From assembly GCF_001194135.2 (NCBI RefSeq), contig NC_068990.1:13259275-13299422 (forward strand): a stretch of DNA of 40,148 nt, given 5' to 3'. Origin of the DNA: Octopus bimaculoides (lineage: Eukaryota). The position numbers and the translations under genes were made by a program. A model generated the notes under the pieces. The model had not been told where the DNA came from and made no database searches. It was given only the letters and a program-made list of their open reading frames with translations. Below, one piece after another: positions 1 through 11,805 of the stretch; within the stretch, counting starts at the first letter, position 1, and every line of letters begins with the position of its first letter.

Positions 1-56
<56 letters not shown>

Positions 57-134
57 CACACATTATGTATGTATACATATATGTATATTTATCTATGTAT
101 ATGCATGCTTATACATACACACACTCACATATAT

Positions 135-327
135 AACAGTATTTAAAATAGAAGATGGAATGTGTAATAGACTTTATGATGGACATATAGCAGTACGTAA
201 GCCGACTCAAGAAATCTCTAGTGAGACTTTTTACTGATGTACTTGAAGAGACCCAGAACGGGTCGAAACATGTGTTGTACCCAATAAAGTCTATTACACA
301 TTCCATCTCCTATTAAATTAATATTGT
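135..327 (+). mobile_element. Penelope-like element (PLE) 3'-end/pLTR fragment with an inverted partial copy of its own 3' end
   Basis: 153-177 (agatggaatgtgtaatagactttat) is the exact reverse complement of 284-308, and imperfect pairing extends to about 135/327. A hammerhead motif (239-280) and AATAAA (283-288) lie between the arms. An inverted 5'-truncated pLTR plus hammerhead is the known PLE architecture. Confidence 0.7.
239..280 (+). ncRNA. Minimal type I hammerhead ribozyme (U3 core variant), PLE-associated
   Basis: Elements in order: stem I GTAC(239-242)/GTAC(277-280); core TTGAAGA(243-249); stem II GACCC(250-254), loop AGAAC, GGGTC(260-264); GAAA(265-268); short stem III containing the palindrome ACATGT; predicted cleavage after GTT(274-276). 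Confidence 0.75.
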
Positions 328-460
328 TACCCCAACCGTCACTACGAAGTTTCTGCAATAAATCTACGGATAACAACAGGTAATCGAAACTATGCCGGTG
401 CTTTACTCATCATCTATTTATACATTTCTCCATTGTATATACATATATACATACATACAT

Positions 461-504
<44 letters not shown>

Positions 505-990
505 AATTATATATAAGGGCAAAAGAAAACATTTTCTATGCCAATGTGCTGAAAGATTGACCTTAAATCGTCTAACCACATATAATATTTTTCACTATAA
601 ATACACAGCGTGCTGTTTGGATATATTTGGGATACTTAAGTGTATTCATGACTTTGCATCTGCATTTTCAGTGGGTATATGTGAAAGTTCCATTTATTTC
701 TAATTGTGTTTCTCGCTGAAGAAAGAAAAATCCTTGTGGATTAATCCAGAAATCGGTCCAATTCGGAAATAACGAATTTAAAAAAAAAAATCTGCTGGCT
801 TGCTTTCCTCGTTTCAGTGCGCTGTGTATCTATTGTAAAAAATATTATATGTAGTTAGGGGATTTTAGGTCTATTTCTCAGCATATTGCCATAAAATGTT
901 TTCTTCATTTGCCCTTATAACTGCTTATATTTTCACCTTGAAAGGCCACCGATAAAATTTGTTTGAAAAATTTTATCCTTATATTAGAAG

Positions 991-1584
991 NNNNNNNNNN
1001 NNNNNNNNNNNNNNNNNNNNNNNNNNNNNNNNNNNNNNNNNNNNNNNNNNNNNNNNNNNNNNNNNNNNNNNNNNNNNNNNNNNNNNNNNNNNNNNNNNNN
1101 NNNNNNNNNNNNNNNNNNNNNNNNNNNNNNNNNNNNNNNNNNNNNNNNNNNNNNNNNNNNNNNNNNNNNNNNNNNNNNNNNNNNNNNNNNNNNNNNNNNN
1201 NNNNNNNNNNNNNNNNNNNNNNNNNNNNNNNNNNNNNNNNNNNNNNNNNNNNNNNNNNNNNNNNNNNNNNNNNNNNNNNNNNNNNNNNNNNNNNNNNNNN
1301 NNNNNNNNNNNNNNNNNNNNNNNNNNNNNNNNNNNNNNNNNNNNNNNNNNNNNNNNNNNNNNNNNNNNNNNNNNNNNNNNNNNNNNNNNNNNNNNNNNNN
1401 NNNNNNNNNNNNNNNNNNNNNNNNNNNNNNNNNNNNNNNNNNNNNNNNNNNNNNNNNNNNNNNNNNNNNNNNNNNNNNNNNNNNNNNNNNNNNNNNNNNN
1501 NNNNNNNNNNNNNNNNNNNNNNNNNNNNNNNNNNNNNNNNNNNNNNNNNNNNNNNNNNNNNNNNNNNNNNNNNNNNNNNNNNNN
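991..1584. other. Assembly gap (first of nine: 991-1584, 3301-3366, 5428-6129, 9367-10144, 11382-11725, 13976-14413, 16210-16741, 26806-27223, ~28877-29342)
   Basis: Runs of N; most are flanked by TA, CA or GATA microsatellites. Confidence 0.99.
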
Positions 1585-1933
1585 TATATATAGATAGATA
1601 GATAGATAGATAGATATATGCATACATACATACACAGACACACACATGTATATATGTATATACGTATATATATACGTATATATATATATATATATGTACG
1701 TATGCATGCATGTATGTATGTATGTATGTATGTATGTATACATAGGTAGATGGATAGATAGTCAGACAAACAAAGAGATACATAAAAAGAGAGATAGACA
1801 TACATACATATACACACGGACCCGCACGTAGACAAACATACATGTATACATGCATATTTGTATCCTGAGCATGCATAACTGTATATATTTATTTCGTGTG
1901 TATATATTTGTACATAATGCTTATATATGCGTG

Positions 1934-1974
<41 letters not shown>

Positions 1975-2517
1975 TACATCTATACATGGTGGTAATGCCA
2001 GCAGTGGTTGCTAATTCCTGTTAGCGATGTAGAGGCGCCGTCTTCTCACACAGTGTGACTTGGGCATTTTAAGCATGTGGAATAAATCCTTCTCTAGTCA
2101 GATTACAGCCGATATCTAATACACAAATATATACACGCGCGCGCACAGAAAGGGAAAGAGAGAGAGAGAGAGAGAAGGAGAGAGAGAAAGTGGAAGAGTG
2201 GAAGAAAAGGAGAATGAGAAACGGAAAACGAAAGTGAGGGATAGACAAAAATTGTTTCTCATTTGCACAATCACACACACAGCTACGCACGCCCGCACAG
2301 GCATAATATACAACGCACACGCACACACACACGTGCGCCGATAGATACCGAAATGCACCAAGACGCACGCGTGCACACATACACACATATTCATCTACAT
2401 GCACGAACGCACGAACATAATATAGAAACATACATACACACGTTCACACACTAATGTGGGGCGCGTTTACATACAAGTTGACAAAATTGAGTGATAGTAA
2501 GAGTGAAGAGAGGGAGA

Positions 2518-2563
<46 letters not shown>

Positions 2564-2996
2564 GAGAGATGAAAGGGGAGGGAGAGACGGACAGATAAGC
2601 AGAGAGACGGAGAGAGAGAGTGAGAGAGACAGTGAGGTGAGAATTGTTTTCTATCACACACTCCTAAATGAAGAAAATGATTGAATCAAAAATAAATCTT
2701 CGTTTAAAAATGAGACTTATTACTCCAGCTAATTTGATTAGTTTCCAGAAAATTAAAAAAGTATTTCTGTGTCCGTTTAACTGCATAGCTTTTGTAAACA
2801 ACACACTTGCCAGCAACAAGAACATCAACAACAGCAACACAAACAACTACAAAAATAATGTGTAAAGTATAATTAGGATATACACACACATATATACCTA
2901 CCTACTCCGTGTGTATATATATATTTAACCCTCAGACCGTGAAAGGACTCCGACTTCTGGGCAAAGGGCGCATCTCTAAATGAACCTCCCCAGAAA

Positions 2997-3540
2997 TTAT
3001 TATTATTATTCAGTAGTTTTATTTTTATAACGTGCTTTCACTTCACTACCGAGCGCAGCTCTGTGCGCCTTGGGTATGTGCTGTGGTTTGCTGTGGTGCT
3101 CTTATGTTTACTGTATTGAAAGTGTTTTGCGTAGGATGTGTGCAGTACCCAGTAGTGCAATTTTCTGTATGTTATATATATTTGTAAGTCCTGCTATTTT
3201 TGTTATGTATTTGTCTGAATATTTTTTTATTATACCTAAGGCACCTACTATGATAGGAATTGTTTCTGTTTTTAGATTCCACATTCGAGTTATCTCTATT
3301 NNNNNNNNNNNNNNNNNNNNNNNNNNNNNNNNNNNNNNNNNNNNNNNNNNNNNNNNNNNNNNNNNNCTTCATGATCTTTGACAACTATATCTGGTCTATT
3401 TGCCTTAATTTCTCTATCTGTGTGTATTGGCATATCCCAGAGTATGGTTGCTTTCTCGTTTTCTGTGACCTTTTCTGGTGTGTGTTTATACCATCTTTTT
3501 TCTGTTGTTATTCCATAATGTTGGCATAGCTTCCAGTGTA
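2997..3540 (-). mobile_element. R4/Dong-clade non-LTR retrotransposon, 5'-truncated 3' end (restriction-like endonuclease domain)
   Basis: The minus strand encodes IHWKLCQHYGI..KRWYKHTPEKVTENEKATILWDMPIHTDREIKANRPDIVVKD, then the gap, then IEITRMWNLKTETIPIIVGALGIIKK..IQKIALLGTAHILRKTLSIQ* (stop 3108-3110). This is the PD..D-type RLE C-terminus. A short 3'UTR ends in (AAT)n at about 2997-3010, and (TAT)n lies at the 5' junction. Confidence 0.9.

Positions 3541-3603
<63 letters not shown>
3540..3603. repeat. (TAT)n microsatellite at the 5' junction of the Dong-like element
   Basis: Pure TAT run directly visible in the sequence. Confidence 0.97.
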
Positions 3604-3604
<1 letters not shown>

Positions 3605-3689
3605 TTGTTCTGATTTTTCACAATACTCAAAACCAGACGTGTCGTTTTCTAGCCTCTGGTAACAGAGAGCTGTCGCAATACCAGCCAAT

Positions 3690-3790
3690 CAGAGAAGCGG
3701 TGGATTTGGCTTCCCCTCGAACTCATGTGCGAAAAGTGATTGGTAAAATAGGCTGCGATGCTCAGTGTCGCCATCTATCAAGAATCCCAG
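3690..3790. promoter_or_regulatory. Possible promoter-like segment (two oppositely oriented CCAAT boxes plus a YY1-like CGCCATCT)
   Basis: agccaatcag (~3684-3693), tgattggt (~3738-3745) and gtcgccatct (~3767-3776) occur in locally CpG-richer unique sequence. This is motif evidence only, with no linked exon. Confidence 0.25.
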
Positions 3791-4374
3791 GATGTACCTC
3801 TGAACAAACTTATAAAGCAATAGCTTTATGTAAAATTCAGTCAACGCTGGTAGATCGTCGGATCGAGTAAAATAACGAAATGTTAGCGCCAAGCAGTGTC
3901 AAGGCGGATCCTCTGAGAAGAGAACACAATAGGTAGGATTCAGTTTGAAAAATCAAGCAACATGACCAAATAATCTGTTGTACGCTGAAATGTACATGGT
4001 GTACAAATTTTATATATGTTTGCGAAGTATGAGCGCATCCATGCCAGTAACTGTCGCTCATATTCCTTCAGTCAAAAAAGTTTGATCTCATCATAGAAAC
4101 CTTGTGTGCACACATTTTCCTTCTTTGTGCGCAGTTGTAAAATATATGCGTGCGCATAAGCGGACAGTTTATAGGCAAAACTGCTCACAGCCAAGACAAG
4201 TGGGCTTTCTTATAATAAGAATAACATTAGAATCAACAAAACAACAACGATGATATCCATATTTTTTATTTGTATCATTAAAAAGTTTGTGTATAAATAG
4301 ATCATTGATCAAAATACAAGGTAAAATTTGTCGCTACGGCTGGCCTTGTCTTGTCGCTGTTGTTTATCAGTAGG

Positions 4375-4561
4375 TCAGTGTGTGTGTGTGTATTTTGGGT
4401 GTAAGTTTCTGTGTCTGTGTCTGTCTGTCCCTATCTACCGCTTGACAATCGATGTTGAGCAAGAGATTAAGAACTGGAGTTGATTCGTTCGAATAAACTT
4501 CAAGGCGGTGACCCGTCATGGTCGCAACGTAGTGACTGAAACAAGTAAAAGACAAGAGATA
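4375..4561 (+). mobile_element. SINE family A, 3' half (internal GT microsatellite plus LINE-type tail)
   Basis: (GT)-rich tract, then ctaccgcttgacaatcgatgttg, then the tail aaggcggtgacccgtcatggtcgcaacgtagtgactgaaacaagtaaaagac. Homologous to the copies at 8601, 24105 and 26525. Confidence 0.8.
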
Positions 4562-6129
4562 GCAGTAGTTTTCTTTAAGAGAGCAGCATCTTCTATCAGT
4601 AACCAAATGAGACGTCTTTTCCTGGCGCCTTCTCATTATGCAACTTCGTTAAACCTTTCTTGAAAGTCTCAACGTTGATTGTATAACTTTTACTTTTGAT
4701 GTTGGCAGAACGTTCTTGGTTTACTGTGTCTAGTTTATGATGTATTTTGATTCAAAATCTTTATTTTCGATCCAGATCTTAGATTAGAATGATTTTAGAT
4801 CTTTCTGAGGAAGAACCCTTTTTTATTTATTTTACTTAATTTATTTTATTTTTTCTTTTATTCTCCCGTAAACTTGTAATTTGGATGCATATAAATATGT
4901 ATACATGTATGCATATGTAAGCATGCACCTACAGACATGCGGTGAGAAAGAATGTCAGTGAATGACAGAGAGAGAGGTGGCGGGTAAAGAGAAGATATAA
5001 GTAGCCTGTGGCAAAGCAGCAAAACGATAGATGCAATGATATTTTATCAATCTTTGAAGAGCACCTCAAGTAGCAGCATATGTAAATATTGTTAGACTAA
5101 ATGTCTTTGTAAACCAATCAGTTTGAAAGATGAGAAGAATTGTTTACGGTAAACTTGAAAGTTTGGTCCAATGCTAAGAGCAGGCAACCTGTCGTCAGAA
5201 TAGTTTTTTCTTGTTTTTTTCTTGTATTTTTTCTTTTATTTCTTTTTATCCATATTTTATTGTTATTTTCTCTGTTTTGAAAATGTTGAATCTGTTGGAG
5301 TAAATGGTAGTATCCCTTCCTATTATACGTGTAAATCCACCCGTCTTTCTGTATGTATGTATATTTCGATATATATTCACACGCATATATATATGTATAC
5401 ATATATACATACATATATATATATATANNNNNNNNNNNNNNNNNNNNNNNNNNNNNNNNNNNNNNNNNNNNNNNNNNNNNNNNNNNNNNNNNNNNNNNNN
5501 NNNNNNNNNNNNNNNNNNNNNNNNNNNNNNNNNNNNNNNNNNNNNNNNNNNNNNNNNNNNNNNNNNNNNNNNNNNNNNNNNNNNNNNNNNNNNNNNNNNN
5601 NNNNNNNNNNNNNNNNNNNNNNNNNNNNNNNNNNNNNNNNNNNNNNNNNNNNNNNNNNNNNNNNNNNNNNNNNNNNNNNNNNNNNNNNNNNNNNNNNNNN
5701 NNNNNNNNNNNNNNNNNNNNNNNNNNNNNNNNNNNNNNNNNNNNNNNNNNNNNNNNNNNNNNNNNNNNNNNNNNNNNNNNNNNNNNNNNNNNNNNNNNNN
5801 NNNNNNNNNNNNNNNNNNNNNNNNNNNNNNNNNNNNNNNNNNNNNNNNNNNNNNNNNNNNNNNNNNNNNNNNNNNNNNNNNNNNNNNNNNNNNNNNNNNN
5901 NNNNNNNNNNNNNNNNNNNNNNNNNNNNNNNNNNNNNNNNNNNNNNNNNNNNNNNNNNNNNNNNNNNNNNNNNNNNNNNNNNNNNNNNNNNNNNNNNNNN
6001 NNNNNNNNNNNNNNNNNNNNNNNNNNNNNNNNNNNNNNNNNNNNNNNNNNNNNNNNNNNNNNNNNNNNNNNNNNNNNNNNNNNNNNNNNNNNNNNNNNNN
6101 NNNNNNNNNNNNNNNNNNNNNNNNNNNNN

Positions 6130-6159
<30 letters not shown>

Positions 6160-6161
<2 letters not shown>

Positions 6162-6410
6162 AATAGATTTCTGGAGAAGATTAAGGCTCACAGAAGCATT
6201 AACCAATTGCAATACTGAAGATGACTCACTAGTCAAAAACAAAAGTGAATACATCCCCCACAAAGGAAGAAATAAAAATCTTGATGAATTCTGCAACCAC
6301 ATCGAGAACTTTCCCTGCCACACCAAGCATAAACAGACAATTAATTCAAACTTTAGCACTACACAATAGAAGGAACTAACAGAACTTGAAAATAATGAAG
6401 ATACTTCGTT
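6160..6410 (+). pseudogene. Penelope-like element ORF fragment (region N-terminal to the RT)
   Basis: Translates as DFWRRLRLTEAL..EDDSLVKNKSEYIPHKGRNKNLDEFCNHIENFP..INSNFSTTQ*KELTELENNED. This resembles the PLE segment just upstream of the 'SNL..E..AL..L..D..I.IK.ADKG' motif. It has an in-frame stop and is truncated. Confidence 0.65.
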
Positions 6411-6446
6411 CTCCATGGTTACTCTCATATAAGTATTTAAGATGTA

Positions 6447-6745
6447 GGAAGGCGCGTGGATAAGTGGTTAGGGTATTCGCTTCGCAATTGTGAGTTTGAT
6501 TCCCGGCGCCACGTTCAGTCCTTGAGCAAGACGTTTTATTTCATATTACTCCAGTCTACTCAGCTTGCAAAAATGAGTTGTACCTGTAATTCAAAGGGCC
6601 AGCGTTGTCACATTCTATGTCATGCTGAATCTCCCAGAGAACTGCGTAAAGGGGAGGTTTCTGTGGAGCACTCAGACACTTGCATGTTAATTTCAAGCTG
6701 TTTCGTAGATCGTATCAACAGGAACCCTTGCCATTGTAACCAGTT
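6447..6745 (+). mobile_element. SINE family C (tRNA-derived head, CORE-like ccttgagcaag segment)
   Basis: A-box-like gtggataagtgg, B-box-like gtttgattcc, then gtccttgagcaagacgttttatttcatattactcc. The head and central part are homologous to 38820-39050. Confidence 0.75.
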
Positions 6746-6824
6746 TTTTATGGCTATATGGGTATATCCCTCAAATAATCAACTATATTAAACAGAGTAA
6801 GGGAGGATAATGGTCACTGTCTGA

Positions 6825-7050
6825 GACCAGGTCGTTAGAGTGGACACAGGAATCGTGGTAACGTTAGTTTCGCGTATTTCAGTATCGTTAAATTTAGACA
6901 CTGCTTCGGTAGTGTCGTTAAGGCGTAATTATTTCGACATCTTACGCTCTGAGTTCAGATCCCGTCGAAGGTGTTTGAATGGCAGCAACCGTCGTAGAGA
7001 ATACTTTGCGGCATTTGTTCTGGATTTTGCGCTCTGATTACAAAATTACC
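6825..7050 (+). mobile_element. Degenerate SINE family B head fragments
   Basis: gcgtaattatttcgacatcttacgctctgagttcagatcccgtcgaagg and actttgcggcatttgttctggattttgcgctctgatt resemble the family B head (cttagcggtatttcgtctgccgttacgttctgagttcaaattcc). Confidence 0.45.
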
Positions 7051-8600
7051 TGGGCTAACTTGGTACAATACTTAACCCGTTGTCCTGTTCAGCATCACCA
7101 CCTTGTTCTCGGGGGCCTTCACAGGAGTGCAGTCTGTTACAACCATTTATGTCAGATCTTTAGTTGAATGATAATTTCCTCCCATCTTCCCACCCGTATT
7201 GGAGCCCCTGTACAGGGTTATGAGTATTTTTCTCCTCCCACATGAAAACAAAAAGTGGTAATTGAAGCCTCTTCTGGTTTGCAACTCCACTGATTTTAAA
7301 AGTTGTATCCACGCGTTGTACGTATTTAAAGATCTAACCAATAAGGAAGCTTCTTTGTGGTCATCTGACTTGCAAGTAGCTAGCATTTCTTCGTACGCTA
7401 CCGGCTTGAAAAAGAAGGACACATTGAATAATATCGTCTTAGATGTACTATACCTGAATGAAGAACGAAATGTCAAAGGCTGAAAAGATTTTATTCATTA
7501 TGTAGGATAACAGCAACGACGATAATATATTTAAAGAGAAGCGGATTGAGTCAATAAACGAACGAAAATTTTACCCCACCCTAATTAGAGTGTTGGTTCG
7601 AGGAGAGAATATATAGCGCTCATAATCCCCTTTAGAGCCTTCGTGATTAGTGTGACGAAAGGAAGAGGTTATACATAGGTAGTAGATTTGGCTATAAACA
7701 AACTGGATTCTGCTAAATGTAACCAAGAAATACGTGGTGGTGTGTTAAAACTGGAAAAGTTATGAACTCTACCACCCACAAATAAAAATGGTTCTTTCGG
7801 TGAACTTCAGCATATTACGTCTACTAAATTTCACTCAGAATACATTGCTCCTCTCGTATTTAGAAGACAATTAAGACATCGGGAAGTGAGCTGTAACTTG
7901 AAATCAAATAGTTAAGAAACTAACTTCTTTAACTCAGAGCCTTGTTTGCACCCGAACTTAGAACTGTTCAGTCAAAAAGACGACACATTATTAACAGATT
8001 TATAGCACTTTTCTTTTTGGTTCAGTCCGAAAGGTGAATCTCATGAACTTTGTAACCTCAAGCTGACAAGTTTGTTGTGTGTATCACCGAAAACTTTCTT
8101 TGCTGATTATAAAATGTACAGTTCGCTTAAGTGAATTGTATACCTCGCTTGTTACGAAACCTTGTGCACCAAAACCAATTTAAATCTGACATATTGACAT
8201 TCAGCTACTGTTTAATCATATATCTTCAGTACAGAGTTACTTTGCAAAGATGCTGATATTGCTAGGTAAAAAAAATAAGGACAGAGCATATGCATTAGAT
8301 GAAACAGAATATCTGTATTTTGCAATTTCATAAATGAATTTAATGCATCTGGTAAAGCAAATGCACAGCGAATGCAATTCACAAAACAGCACACATTAGG
8401 TTTGACATAAAACTAATTTTAATATATTCTTTTATGGTTTGTAGATAATGTCAAAGTAATGACAAAGACAAGCTATTCACTAGAAATATCTAACCCCAAA
8501 ACAAAACAAAACCCAAGAAAGAAAGAAAGAAAGACCAGAATTATATATTAATCTCAAAAACATTTATTGGTTTATGCACTTGTTTTTTTACGTATATATA

Positions 8601-9043
8601 GGGCGCAGGCATGACCATGCAGTTAAGAAACTCGGTTTTCAACCACTTCGTTTCGAGTTCAGTTCCACGGCTTGGTACCTTGAGCAAGTATCTTCTACTA
8701 CAGCACCGACCCGTTTTATGTTTTCTGAATGAATTGAACAAATGGAGATTGTGTGGAAGCCCGTCCTACGCATACCTATCTATCTATCTATCTATCTATC
8801 TATCTGGATGGATAGATATGTACGTGTATCTTTATGCTTGTATCCCATCACCGCTTCATAACCAGTGTGAGGTTGTTTATGTCCCCATAACCTAATGGCT
8901 TAGAAAAAGAGAACAGGATAAATACCAAACTTAAACATAAAAAAACAAAAACAAAATAAGAAAGCCTAAGCATTGCACTCGATTTGTTCGGCTAAACCTT
9001 TTAAGCCGGTGCTCCAGCATGACTGAAATTAATAAACGATAAG
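8601..9043 (+). mobile_element. SINE family A, full length
   Basis: Head gggcgcaggcatgacc..gagttcagttcc, CORE-like accttgagcaagtatcttctactacagc, internal (CTAT)n, and tail ccggtgctccagcatgactgaaatt. Confidence 0.85.
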
Positions 9044-9334
9044 AAACCATATATTTTAATCTAATGTACAGTGAGTAATTCAATGTTTGTCCACATTAAA
9101 AAAATACAAACGTGTTTATGTAGAAAACCCCAAATATATTATCATATTTGACTCACAAAGCATTAACTATGTTAGCCCTCAAGTATTAATTATTTGTGCA
9201 GAAGTCACCCCAGGGAAACTACTCTATATCATTACTCTTAAATAACCTAATTAGTGAATGTCTTTTAATACACGTCCACACATATGTGAACAGAAGCACA
9301 CACACGGACACATGTAGCGTGTGCGTATTTGTTC

Positions 9335-9366
<32 letters not shown>

Positions 9367-10144
9367 NNNNNNNNNNNNNNNNNNNNNNNNNNNNNNNNNN
9401 NNNNNNNNNNNNNNNNNNNNNNNNNNNNNNNNNNNNNNNNNNNNNNNNNNNNNNNNNNNNNNNNNNNNNNNNNNNNNNNNNNNNNNNNNNNNNNNNNNNN
9501 NNNNNNNNNNNNNNNNNNNNNNNNNNNNNNNNNNNNNNNNNNNNNNNNNNNNNNNNNNNNNNNNNNNNNNNNNNNNNNNNNNNNNNNNNNNNNNNNNNNN
9601 NNNNNNNNNNNNNNNNNNNNNNNNNNNNNNNNNNNNNNNNNNNNNNNNNNNNNNNNNNNNNNNNNNNNNNNNNNNNNNNNNNNNNNNNNNNNNNNNNNNN
9701 NNNNNNNNNNNNNNNNNNNNNNNNNNNNNNNNNNNNNNNNNNNNNNNNNNNNNNNNNNNNNNNNNNNNNNNNNNNNNNNNNNNNNNNNNNNNNNNNNNNN
9801 NNNNNNNNNNNNNNNNNNNNNNNNNNNNNNNNNNNNNNNNNNNNNNNNNNNNNNNNNNNNNNNNNNNNNNNNNNNNNNNNNNNNNNNNNNNNNNNNNNNN
9901 NNNNNNNNNNNNNNNNNNNNNNNNNNNNNNNNNNNNNNNNNNNNNNNNNNNNNNNNNNNNNNNNNNNNNNNNNNNNNNNNNNNNNNNNNNNNNNNNNNNN
10001 NNNNNNNNNNNNNNNNNNNNNNNNNNNNNNNNNNNNNNNNNNNNNNNNNNNNNNNNNNNNNNNNNNNNNNNNNNNNNNNNNNNNNNNNNNNNNNNNNNNN
10101 NNNNNNNNNNNNNNNNNNNNNNNNNNNNNNNNNNNNNNNNNNNN

Positions 10145-10195
<51 letters not shown>

Positions 10196-11214
10196 TGAAG
10201 GAGAGAGAGAATGAAAGAGAGAGAGAGAGACAGAGAGAGACAAAAATCCAAATAAACAAATATAGCTGCTAGGGTTTGATATAAAAACATATACAAACAT
10301 ATATACATGTAAATAGAGTGAAAGCAAAGACTGAAGCTATTCAGAGGTGAATATTCAAGAATTAATATATAGATAATTATTAATAGAGCAAACCTACACA
10401 CAGTACAAAGACACACAAAAATAAAGGAAAAAAGATATGGTGATACGAGCCCGACAACTGTTTCTGGGCACTCAAAGTTACTTCTTGATATTGGCAGATG
10501 TAGATCACCAGAATATGCAACCAGCAATGACTGCAAAGAAACGTTGGATAAAAACCTGTCAGATTTTTTCCTCCCCCAGCCACATGAGTATGTATGAATG
10601 TATGTATGTATGTATGTCATACATACATAGCTATTTTGGGCTGCAATCACCTGTATCATTCATTCTGTTATTATCACTTTTAAAATAGTTACATGTGGAT
10701 AATAACAGAATTAACGATACCTTCGCAAATTAATTTTTCGTGAATTATTTTTCCCGTAAATTGTTTGCTATTTGTATCGAGATTATATTCACACTGGTGG
10801 CTGCCGTGATTTTGGTGCAAAACGAATCAGTTGCGGCACAGACTTCTAAACGATGGGTTGGAAATCTCTATCATGGTAACGCGTGCTGAAGAAGCTAAGG
10901 CTAATTTTGCCAGTGCAGAAACTATCCCACGTGAATCCAAATACTTACATGTATGTTAGTAGATTGTCTTAACCTGATTTGCCTTCGTTTGATTTCTGTA
11001 GTTATCACCAGTGTATTTTTGGCGATTTAATAAGAGTTTTGACTTTTATCTCAAGCAGGTAGACATACTTACTATGTCCTTGGATTAATTTCATATATAT
11101 ATATATAGTTTCAGTTGCAGAACAGGCTAAAGGTAAGATACGACCAACGATTCCAATACATCGAAACAATAAACTATTTGATAATTTGTTAGTTCTCTGC
11201 AAAATATGCACCGG

Positions 11215-11223
11215 CTGTGTCTG

Positions 11224-11271
<48 letters not shown>

Positions 11272-11288
11272 CGTGCGTGTGTGTGTGC

Positions 11289-11344
<56 letters not shown>

Positions 11345-11345
11345 A
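11215..11345. repeat. (GT)n/(GA)n compound microsatellite
   Basis: Directly visible. Confidence 0.95.
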
Positions 11346-11725
11346 GGTGTGTAACCTAGTTGTTAGAATATTACTATCACGNNNNNNNNNNNNNNNNNNN
11401 NNNNNNNNNNNNNNNNNNNNNNNNNNNNNNNNNNNNNNNNNNNNNNNNNNNNNNNNNNNNNNNNNNNNNNNNNNNNNNNNNNNNNNNNNNNNNNNNNNNN
11501 NNNNNNNNNNNNNNNNNNNNNNNNNNNNNNNNNNNNNNNNNNNNNNNNNNNNNNNNNNNNNNNNNNNNNNNNNNNNNNNNNNNNNNNNNNNNNNNNNNNN
11601 NNNNNNNNNNNNNNNNNNNNNNNNNNNNNNNNNNNNNNNNNNNNNNNNNNNNNNNNNNNNNNNNNNNNNNNNNNNNNNNNNNNNNNNNNNNNNNNNNNNN
11701 NNNNNNNNNNNNNNNNNNNNNNNNN

Positions 11726-11775
<50 letters not shown>

Positions 11776-11805
11776 CTATATATATATATATATATATATA
11801 TATAG
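11726..11805. repeat. (GATA)n plus (TA)n microsatellite adjoining a gap
   Basis: Directly visible. Confidence 0.95.

Noticed and set aside
4029-4063. 8-bp terminal stem tatgagcg..cgctcata (snoRNA-like size)
   Set aside because: No C/D or H/ACA boxes are present.
6213-6240. Hammerhead-like CTGAAGA-TGACT-CACT-AGTCA-AAAAC
   Set aside because: It lacks the GAAA core and a stem I/III partner, and lies inside a PLE coding frame (NTEDDSLV), so it is probably coincidental.
6447-6520. tRNA-like A/B boxes here and at 8601, 20625, 29842 and 38820
   Set aside because: No cloverleaf can be formed, and each continues into a repeated SINE body. These are SINE heads, not tRNA genes.
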